Shown here piece after piece: positions 25,740 to 32,000 of a DNA stretch of 32,000 bases (positions are counted from its first letter, which is position 1; each line of letters opens with the position of its first letter). The notes beneath the pieces are model-generated. The model did not search any database. It was not told where the DNA came from and was given only the letters and a program-made list of their open reading frames with translations. The position numbers and the translations under genes were made by a program. The stretch is from Halorarius halobius (GTDB lineage: Archaea > Halobacteriota > Halobacteria > Halobacteriales > Haloarculaceae): NCBI RefSeq assembly GCF_024298865.1, contig NZ_CP101161.1:175227-207226 (forward strand), read 5' to 3'.

Positions 25740-26198
25740 ATGTCAGCGGGACCGTCGAGAGCGCGCGTGACCGCGCGGCTCGCGCAACTGCAGGACGCCT
25801 ACGACGGGTTCGACGTCCGCCAGACGACGGTGAGCGTCGACCCCGCGGAGTTCGAGCGCGCCGCCGAGGACCGCGACGTGGTCGCACAGGTGGCGGTCCG
25901 GGTCCGCGACGACGACGGCCGGGCGCTGGTGGTGCCCGACGGCGAGGGGTGGGCCGACCCCGGGGGGTCGGTGGGGACGAGCCAGCCGCTCGTCGACACC
26001 GCCGTCTCGCTCGTCGAGGAGGAGACGGGCGTGGTGCCGCTCGTCGACTCGCTGGAGCGCGTCTCCATCGTCTGTGTCAACTGCGAGACGGACGACCAGT
26101 TGTACCAGCTTCACGCGCTGTTCGAGGCCCGGCCCGAGGCGGGGTCGGTCCGGCCGCCGGCGCAGTGGCGCGAGGACCCGCCCGCCGACCCGTTTTAG
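25740..26198 (+). CDS. Nudix-fold protein with degenerate Nudix box
   Basis: VVAQVAVRVRDDDGRALVVPDGEGWADPGGSVGTSQPLVDTAVSLVEEETGV; TATA-like CGTTTATCC about 27 nt upstream. Confidence 0.75.
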   Translation: MSAGPSRARVTARLAQLQDAYDGFDVRQTTVSVDPAEFERAAEDRDVVAQVAVRVRDDDGRALVVPDGEGWADPGGSVGTSQPLVDTAVSLVEEETGVVPLVDSLERVSIVCVNCETDDQLYQLHALFEARPEAGSVRPPAQWREDPPADPF

Positions 26199-27253
26199 AT
26201 GACGCCGGTGACCGTCGCCGCCTCCAGCGCGGCCTCGTGGCTGAGCCCGTCGCCCAGGATGGTGTAGCGGTCGCGTATCTCGTGGGCAGTCGTCGCCGCC
26301 TCGACGAACTGCTCGTCGTCGATGCCGAGTTCCGCGGCCGTCGTCGGCGCGTCGATGCTCTCCAGCGCGTCGCGGACGTTGCGCCACTGCCCCTGCTGGC
26401 CGGAGTGGAGATACTCGGTGACGACGCTGGCGACGCCGACCTGGTGACCGTGGAGCGCGGCGTCGGGCGCGATGCGGTCGAGTTGGTGGGATATGAGGTG
26501 TTCCGCGCCGGAGGCGGGCCGCGAGGAGCCCGCAATCGACATCGCCACGCCCGAGGAGACGAGCGCCTTGATGACGACCCACGCCGACTCCTCGAGGCCG
26601 CGCTTGATGGAGTCGGCGCGGTCGACGAGCATCTCGGCGGTCATCTGCGATAAGGCACCGGCGTACTCGCTGTACTCGACGTTTTTCAGCCGGTTGGCGA
26701 GTTGCCAGTCCTTGACCGCGGTGTAGTTGGAGATGATGTCCGCACAGCCCGCGGTCGTCAGCTCCCAGGGGGCGTCCGCGACGAGTTCGGTGTCCGCGAC
26801 CACCGCCAGCGGCGGGTCCGCGGCGACCGAGTGGCGGGTGTCGCCCTCCGGGACGGAGCCCCGCCCGGAGACGATGCCGTCGTGGGAGGCGGCGGTGGGG
26901 ACGCTCACGAACCCCCGGTCGGTCGTGTCGGCGGCCATCTTCGCGATGTCGATGGCCTTGCCGCCGCCCAGGCCGACGAGGAAGCCCGCGTCCTCGCGTT
27001 CGACGGTGTCGACGACGCGCTCGACCGTCTCGAACTTCGCCTCCTCGACGACTTCGGTGACCGGCTCCTGACCCGCCTCGCGGAACTGGGCGCGGAGCCG
27101 GTCGCCCGCGATGTCGTTCGGCGTCGGCGAGGTGACCAGGAGTGGTCGGCCGTCGAGGTACAACTCGGAGACGGCCTCGACGGTCCGGTCCAGGACGCCG
27201 TGGCCCACGACGACGTTCCGGGGGAGCCGAATCCACGTCGACTTCTCGAACAT
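26195..27253 (-). CDS. egsA: sn-glycerol-1-phosphate dehydrogenase
   Basis: FLVGLGGGKAIDIAKMAAD, FVSVPTAASHDGIVSGRGSV, CADIISNYTAVKDWQLA, GAEHLISHQLD...ALHGHQVGVASVV. TATA-like GTTTGAAC about 27 nt upstream. Confidence 0.95.
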   Translation of the reverse strand: MFEKSTWIRLPRNVVVGHGVLDRTVEAVSELYLDGRPLLVTSPTPNDIAGDRLRAQFREAGQEPVTEVVEEAKFETVERVVDTVEREDAGFLVGLGGGKAIDIAKMAADTTDRGFVSVPTAASHDGIVSGRGSVPEGDTRHSVAADPPLAVVADTELVADAPWELTTAGCADIISNYTAVKDWQLANRLKNVEYSEYAGALSQMTAEMLVDRADSIKRGLEESAWVVIKALVSSGVAMSIAGSSRPASGAEHLISHQLDRIAPDAALHGHQVGVASVVTEYLHSGQQGQWRNVRDALESIDAPTTAAELGIDDEQFVEAATTAHEIRDRYTILGDGLSHEAALEAATVTGVI

Positions 27254-27289
27254 ACCCCCGAGTCGACCCGGGCGTTCAAACCCTTTCGG

Positions 27290-28282
27290 TTAGAGCGTCT
27301 CCAGCACCCCCAGTACGCGCTCCTCGGCCTCGCGGTCCGGGCCGTTCTCGCGGCCGGTGCGGTCGCTCGCCCGGTGGTCCGCGACGGTCGCGGCCAGCGC
27401 CTCCTCGTGGGGCGTCGGCCGCCAGCCGAGCGAACGGAGCTTGTTCGTGTCGAGGAGATGCGGATACTCGCGGTAGATGGGGAAGTCGGTGAGTTCGACG
27501 TCCGCGGCGGCGAGTTCCCGCGCGCCGGCGGTGACTATCTCGACGGAGGTGTCGCAGGCCTCGGCCAGCAGGTCGACCCACTCGCGCAGGATTGGCGCGT
27601 GGCCGTCGCCGACGTTGTACGCCTCGCCCGCCTCGCCGCGTTCGGCGACGGTCCGGAGCGCGCTCGCCACGTCCTTCACGTACACGAGATGCCAGAGGTT
27701 CGTCCCGTCGCCCGGGACGACCACGCGGTCGTGGCTGTCGGCTCTGTCTATCCAGTAGTCGAACCGCTCGGTGTAGTCGTGGGGGCCGTAGACGACGGGC
27801 GGCCGGACCGCCATCGCGTTCACCCCCTGCTCTGCCGCCGAGAACACCGCGCGGTCGCCCTCGGCTTTCCGGTTGCCGTACGTCTCCATCGTGTCGTCGG
27901 TCGCCTGCTCGGTCGTGCAGTCGTGGAGCGGCGTCTCGTCTTCGCGTTTGGGGATGCGCTCGGCGCCGTACGAGGCCCCCGAGGAGACGTAGACGTACGC
28001 GTCGACGTCGGCGAACACGTCCGTCGCCGTGCGCACGTCGACCGGCTGGTAGGCGACGCAGTCGACGACCACGTCGGGGTCGACGCGCTCGCGGGCCAGT
28101 CGCAGGCGGCCTTCTTCCTTCCGGTCGCCCTCGAAGTGGTCGACCCTGTCGTCGTCTGCGAAGGGGTTGTCGTGGGTCCCGCGGTTGAACACCGTGACCG
28201 TATAGTCGTTCTCGAGGAACTCCGAGACGGTGTGGCGGCCGATGAACCGCGTGCCGCCGATGACCAAGGCGTGGTCGGACAT
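27290..28282 (-). CDS. NAD-dependent epimerase/dehydratase
   Basis: MSDHALVIGGTRFIGRHTVSEFLENDYTVTVFNRG...; YVYVSSGASYG; METYGNRKAEGDRA; VRPPVVYGPHDYTER. Start trimmed from 28408; TATA-like CGTTTTCC about 27 nt upstream of the ATG at 28282. Confidence 0.9.
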   Translation of the reverse strand: MSDHALVIGGTRFIGRHTVSEFLENDYTVTVFNRGTHDNPFADDDRVDHFEGDRKEEGRLRLARERVDPDVVVDCVAYQPVDVRTATDVFADVDAYVYVSSGASYGAERIPKREDETPLHDCTTEQATDDTMETYGNRKAEGDRAVFSAAEQGVNAMAVRPPVVYGPHDYTERFDYWIDRADSHDRVVVPGDGTNLWHLVYVKDVASALRTVAERGEAGEAYNVGDGHAPILREWVDLLAEACDTSVEIVTAGARELAAADVELTDFPIYREYPHLLDTNKLRSLGWRPTPHEEALAATVADHRASDRTGRENGPDREAEERVLGVLETL

Positions 28283-28325
28283 ACTCGCCCTGCGGCCGCC
28301 GGGGGGAAAACGGTTGCTCGTCGGG

Positions 28326-29174
28326 CTACCGCCACAGCCGCGCGAAGGCGTCGAAGAACTCCTCGTCGGTGTCGGCGGGTTCGAGCCGTGCGCCCAGACG
28401 TTCGGCACGCTCGGCCACGTCGTCGAGATGCTCCTCCAGGCGGTCGCGGTACTGCTCGCGGCGGCGTCGGCCGACGTGGGTACGCAGTCGGGACTCCGTC
28501 TCGGGGTTCTCGATGAGGGCGTCGCCCGACACCGGTAGCTCCCGCTCCTCGGGAGTGAGCACTTGCGCCAGCAGGAGTTCGTTGCGCGCGAGCGCCGCCA
28601 GCCCCGATTCGAGGTCGTCGGGGTCCGTCAGGAAGTCGCTACAGACGAGCACGACGGAGCGGGAGCCGACGCGGTCGGCGTACGACTCCAGGGCCGCGCC
28701 GACCGCGCCCTCGCCCGACGGCTCCACGTCGTTACAGCGGTCCACGAGCGCGAGAACCTCGCCCCGGGAGGAGCGGGCGCGGTCGAGTCGGTCGATGCCG
28801 CGGTCGAACAGCGCGACCCGGAACTCGTCGTGTTCGCGCGCGAGCAGGTAGGCGAACCCCAGTCCGAGTTTCGCCGCACGCTCGAACTTCGGGGGGTCGC
28901 CGTACCCCATCGACCCCGTCGCGTCGAGCAGGACGTGGAGGGTGCGCGACCGCTCCACCTCGAACTGTTTGACGTACAGTTCCTCGGTGCGGGCGTACAG
29001 TTTCCAGTCGACGAGGCCGGTGTCGTCGCCGGGCGCGTACCGGCGGTAGTCCGCGAACGTCAGCCCCTCGCCGCGGTCCGCGGAGCGCTGGTCGCCGCGG
29101 TGGCGGGCCGCTACCTCGGGCCCGGCGCTGGCGAACCGCTCCAACTCGTCCAGAAACCCCGGGTCGATTGTCAT
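28326..29174 (-). CDS. DUF58 domain-containing protein
   Basis: GEGLTFADYRRYAPGDDTGLVDWKLYARTEELYVKQFEVERSRTLHVLLDATGSMGYGDPPKFE, the typical DUF58 core. Confidence 0.92.
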   Translation of the reverse strand: MTIDPGFLDELERFASAGPEVAARHRGDQRSADRGEGLTFADYRRYAPGDDTGLVDWKLYARTEELYVKQFEVERSRTLHVLLDATGSMGYGDPPKFERAAKLGLGFAYLLAREHDEFRVALFDRGIDRLDRARSSRGEVLALVDRCNDVEPSGEGAVGAALESYADRVGSRSVVLVCSDFLTDPDDLESGLAALARNELLLAQVLTPEERELPVSGDALIENPETESRLRTHVGRRRREQYRDRLEEHLDDVAERAERLGARLEPADTDEEFFDAFARLWR

Positions 29175-30127
29175 AGCAGGTCGTCGATGACGTCGTCGGG
29201 CGTCGCCCCCTCGCGCTCGGCCCGGAAGTCGACGCCGACGCGGTGGCGGAACACCGGCTTCGCCATCGCCTCCACGTCGTCCTCGCTGACGTACGACCGG
29301 CCCTCAAGCAGGGCACGCGCCTTCGCCGTGACGACAAGCGCCATGCTCGCGCGGGGGCTCGCGCCGAAGTCGATGCGGTCGGCTTCGCGGGTCGCCCTGA
29401 CGAGGTCGACCGCGTGCTCCTCGATGTCGTCGGCGATGGGTACCTCCCGGACCAGCCGCTGGGCCGCGAGCAGTTCCTCCGCGGAGAGCACCTGCTCGAC
29501 CGGAATGGCCTCGTCCACGCGGGTCGTGTACCGGTCGACGATTTCGAGTTCCTCGTCGCGGGAGGGGTAGTCGACGAGCAGTTTGAGCAGGAAGCGGTCG
29601 GCCTGCGCCTCCGGGAGCCGGTAGGTCCCCTCCTGCTCGATGGGGTTCTGGGTCGCCAGCAGGAAGAACGGCTCCGGGAGCGGGCGCGTCTCGCCGCCCG
29701 CGGTCACCTGCTGTTCCTCCATCGCTTCCAGCAGGGCGGCCTGCGTCTTCGGCGTCGCGCGGTTTATCTCGTCGGCGAGGACGACGTTGGCGAACACGGG
29801 GCCCTCCTCGAAGTCGAACGTCCGACCCGAATCCGTCTCGCGGATGACCTCCGTGCCCGTGATGTCAGAGGGCATCAGGTCGGGGGTGTTCTGCACCCGC
29901 GAGAAGGAGAGGTCCGTCACGGCCGCCAGCGTGCGGACGGTGAGCGTCTTCGCCAGCCCCGGGTTCGACTCCAGCAGGGCGTTGCCGTCACACAGCAGAC
30001 AGACGAGCAGGCGGTCGAGCAGTTCCTCCTGGCCGATGAGCCGGCGGCCCACCTGCTCGCGGACCGCGTCGAGTCGGTGTTGCAGGGTCTCTACGTCGAG
30101 GTCGGTGGTGGTGTCGTCAGTCGTCAT
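29171..30127 (-). CDS. MoxR-family AAA+ ATPase
   Basis: RLIGQEELLDRLLVCLLCDGNALLESNPGLAKTLTVRTLA, VQNTPDLMPSDITGTEV, FANVVLADEINRATPKTQAALLEAMEEQQVT, FFLLATQNPIEQEGTYRLPEAQADRF. Start at the ATG at 30127. Confidence 0.94.
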   Translation of the reverse strand: MTTDDTTTDLDVETLQHRLDAVREQVGRRLIGQEELLDRLLVCLLCDGNALLESNPGLAKTLTVRTLAAVTDLSFSRVQNTPDLMPSDITGTEVIRETDSGRTFDFEEGPVFANVVLADEINRATPKTQAALLEAMEEQQVTAGGETRPLPEPFFLLATQNPIEQEGTYRLPEAQADRFLLKLLVDYPSRDEELEIVDRYTTRVDEAIPVEQVLSAEELLAAQRLVREVPIADDIEEHAVDLVRATREADRIDFGASPRASMALVVTAKARALLEGRSYVSEDDVEAMAKPVFRHRVGVDFRAEREGATPDDVIDDLL

Positions 30128-30950
30128 CGTCTCGAATTTCGAGGTTGTACTCGCGGATGATGTCGGCGTTCGCCACGTCGTCCGATTCGGAGAAGCCCGC
30201 ACGCTGGGCCTCGTAGGCCCCTTCGCCGGCGTAGCCGCCGGTGTCGTAGCTCTCGTCGATGCCGCCGGAACGCTCGCCGTCGCCGGCCTGGCCGCCGACC
30301 GACGCGGACTCGTTTTGACTCCCCTCGGAGACGTTCGTGGGCGTCCCGAGCACGGCGTCACCGTCCTGGAGCCCGCCGTAATCGTCGTCGGGAGGCGCAT
30401 CGCCCACCCCACCCCCGTCGGGGGCGGGCGCGGGCGGCGCGGCGACGGTGATGCCGGCCACCGTCGCCTGCACGGTGACGGCGGCGACGGCGACGGCGAC
30501 GACGACCGTACCGGCCAGCCGCCGGCCGTCGAGCAGGCCGCGGCTCGACGCCGCCCGCAACTCGCTCAGCACGTCGGCGTACAGCCGGTTTGCGACCTGC
30601 GAGTCGAGGCCGGCGTCGGCGGCGTCCCGAGCCGTCCGGAGCGCCTCGGCCACCTCGGGGTTGGCCTCCTCGAACCGCTCGACGAGCGGCCGTCGGATGC
30701 GCACGCCGAGTTCGACCAGCAGGACGAGCAGGCCGACGCCGGCGGCGACGAACGCGCGCTCGGGGAACCCGCCGACGACGGGCACGCCGTTGGCCGCCGA
30801 CAGCAGGAGGTTGGCGACGAGCACGGCCACTGCGCCGTCGACGACGGCGTACAGCACCGCGGCCTTCACTCCCTCGCGGCGAACCGCCGTCACCGCCTCC
30901 TGTACCCGGGCGCGGCGCTCGGCGGGGTCGGCCGGCACGTCCTCGCTCAC
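30117..30950 (-). CDS. Membrane protein of unknown function in MoxR operon
   Basis: Three hydrophobic stretches (AAVLYAVVDGAVAVLVANLLLSAA; AFVAAGVGLLVLLVELGVRI; LAGTVVVAVAVAAVTVQATVAGITVA) then an acidic low-complexity C-terminus. GTG at 30950 overlaps the upstream stop (GTGA); the track's 30983 GTG is less likely. Confidence 0.78.
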   Translation of the reverse strand: MSEDVPADPAERRARVQEAVTAVRREGVKAAVLYAVVDGAVAVLVANLLLSAANGVPVVGGFPERAFVAAGVGLLVLLVELGVRIRRPLVERFEEANPEVAEALRTARDAADAGLDSQVANRLYADVLSELRAASSRGLLDGRRLAGTVVVAVAVAAVTVQATVAGITVAAPPAPAPDGGGVGDAPPDDDYGGLQDGDAVLGTPTNVSEGSQNESASVGGQAGDGERSGGIDESYDTGGYAGEGAYEAQRAGFSESDDVANADIIREYNLEIRDDDD

Positions 30951-31549
30951 GACGACCCCCCCGTCGGCGTCGACTCGCGGCACTCCTCCAGTTCCTCGCG
31001 GAGTCGGTCGTTCTCCTCGCGGAGGTCCTCGACGGTTTCGGTCAGCATCTCCACCTCCGCGCGGAGCTGTTCGCGCTCGTCGAGCAGTTCCTCCTGTTTG
31101 GACTCCAGTTCCTCGACCCGCGTTTCGAGCTCCAGACGCCGCTGTTCGAGCTGGTCGACCTCGTCGGAGAGCTCCGAGACCCGCTGGCGAGCGGACTCCA
31201 GCTCCTGCTCGGTGCTCGACAGCTCGTCGCGGGCGTCCGCGAGCTGGTTTTTCGCCGTCGCCAGCTCCCGCTCCGTGGTCCGGAGCTTCTCGGTCACCGA
31301 CTGGAGGTCCGTCTGCCGTGTCTGGATGGAGGCGTTCAGCTCCTGGAGCCGCTGTTGGGTCGAGTCGAGTCGTTGCTGGGCCTCGTCGAGGTTCCCCTGC
31401 AGTTGCTCGTTGCGCTGTTCGAGCTTCTGGTTCTGCTGGCGGAGCTCCTCCATCGAGTCCTGGTAGTAGATGGTCGCGCCGGCGGTGCCGACAAGCGACA
31501 GACAGAGGAGTCCGAGCAGAACGCCGTTGATGCTGTCTCCGATGTTCAT
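30947..31549 (-). CDS. Membrane-anchored coiled-coil protein
   Basis: MNIGDSINGVLLGLLCLSLVGTAGATIYYQDSMEELRQQNQKLEQRNEQLQGNLDEAQQRL...LREENDRLREELEECRE: N-terminal TM helix followed by about 150 residues of Q/E/L-rich heptads. Confidence 0.85.
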   Translation of the reverse strand: MNIGDSINGVLLGLLCLSLVGTAGATIYYQDSMEELRQQNQKLEQRNEQLQGNLDEAQQRLDSTQQRLQELNASIQTRQTDLQSVTEKLRTTERELATAKNQLADARDELSSTEQELESARQRVSELSDEVDQLEQRRLELETRVEELESKQEELLDEREQLRAEVEMLTETVEDLREENDRLREELEECRESTPTGGSS

Positions 31550-32000
31550 GGTTGGCTCCGAATCGCTGAGAGTCGTCTGGCGACCGTCTCGAGGAGGAAC
31601 GCCGCGAGCGCGGCCAGGAGGAACGCCCACCCCCACTCCGTGCGTACGTCGCGGGTCCGCCGCGCCCGCTCGGTCACCGTCCGCGCTATCGCGGCGGCCT
31701 CGCTCGGCGCGAACACGCGCCCCCCGGTCCGCTCGACGGCGGCGTCGAGCGCGTCGCTCTGCCCGAGCGCCCCGTACTCGCGGGGGTAGTTCGCGGCGAA
31801 GGTGGCGCCGGCCACCTCCTGGAACCCGACGCTATCGGGCTGGACCGTCGCCGCGTACGTGTCGGGGGCGACCCGGCGGAACGACGGGGGTGGGGCGGGC
31901 CGCTCGCTCCCCGTGTAGCGGACCGTCGTCGCCGCGCCGACCCGCGTGTCGGCGGCGGTGGCCCCGTCGCCTTGGGTCGGGTCGCCGACCGCCCAGTTGA
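31546..32000 (-). CDS. C-terminal part of a membrane protein upstream in the MoxR operon (possibly VWA/BatA-like; runs off window)
   Basis: Reverse-strand open frame to the window edge: ...NWAVGDPTQGDGATAADTRVGAATTVRYTGSERPAPPPSFRRVAPDTYAATVQPDSVGFQEVAGATFAANYPREYGALGQSDALDAAVERTGGRVFAPSEAAAIARTVTERARRTRDVRTEWGWAFLLAALAAFLLETVARRLSAIRSQP*. The C-terminal single TM after a 'GGRVF' segment resembles VWA-type partners of MoxR operons. Confidence 0.6.
   Translation of the reverse strand, partial: NWAVGDPTQGDGATAADTRVGAATTVRYTGSERPAPPPSFRRVAPDTYAATVQPDSVGFQEVAGATFAANYPREYGALGQSDALDAAVERTGGRVFAPSEAAAIARTVTERARRTRDVRTEWGWAFLLAALAAFLLETVARRLSAIRSQP

Noticed and set aside
25743-27236. 497-aa minus-strand ORF overlapping Nudix and egsA
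   Set aside because: Arg/Gly-rich frame-shifted reading of egsA; no domain signature.
29640-31466. 608-aa plus-strand ORF antisense to the MoxR operon, with Ser-rich C-terminal half
   Set aside because: The serine-rich tail is simply the antisense of Glu/Gln/Leu coiled-coil codons; the sense strand has overlapping, recognisable genes.
1-32000. Defence island, prophage or integrated element
   Set aside because: No integrase, transposase, restriction-modification, toxin-antitoxin, Cas or phage-structural genes were recognised; gene content is mostly conserved housekeeping.

Overview
This 32 kb window is ordinary, dense haloarchaeal chromosome: very high GC, acidic proteins, and TATA-like boxes about 24-28 nt upstream of many start codons. 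I could not see any rRNA, tRNA, CRISPR array, transposase or integrase. Supported content, left to right: purB (partial, -), a PurN-PurH(AICAR transformylase) fusion (+), HAD hydrolase (+), ilvE (-), ribB and a HTH-riboflavin kinase ribK/rbkR (-), the wyosine gene taw1/TYW1 (-), a PGF-CTERM-like beta-helix surface protein (-), an HTH/zinc-ribbon regulator (-), argS (+), a 50-aa membrane ORF missing from the supplied track (-), a MinD-like protein with an altered P-loop (-), prf1/aRF1 (+), a small zinc-ribbon protein (+), a methyltransferase (-), an 87-aa protein (+), a FolC-FolP fusion (+), a methyltransferase (+), a lipoprotein (+), a GT4 glycosyltransferase (-), an S9 peptidase (+), an M48 metalloprotease (+), a degenerate Nudix protein (+), egsA (-), an NAD-dependent epimerase (-), and a tightly overlapping five-gene operon running off the right edge (VWA-associated-type membrane protein fragment, coiled-coil protein, membrane protein, MoxR ATPase, DUF58). 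I do not see a clearly new system. The best candidates for follow-up are the MoxR/DUF58 operon with its two uncharacterised components, the MinD-like protein lacking the P-loop lysine, the hidden 50-aa membrane ORF, and several repeat-flanked promoters (purN-H, ilvE, ribK). Most very long ORFs in the track that lie antisense to these genes are high-GC artefacts.
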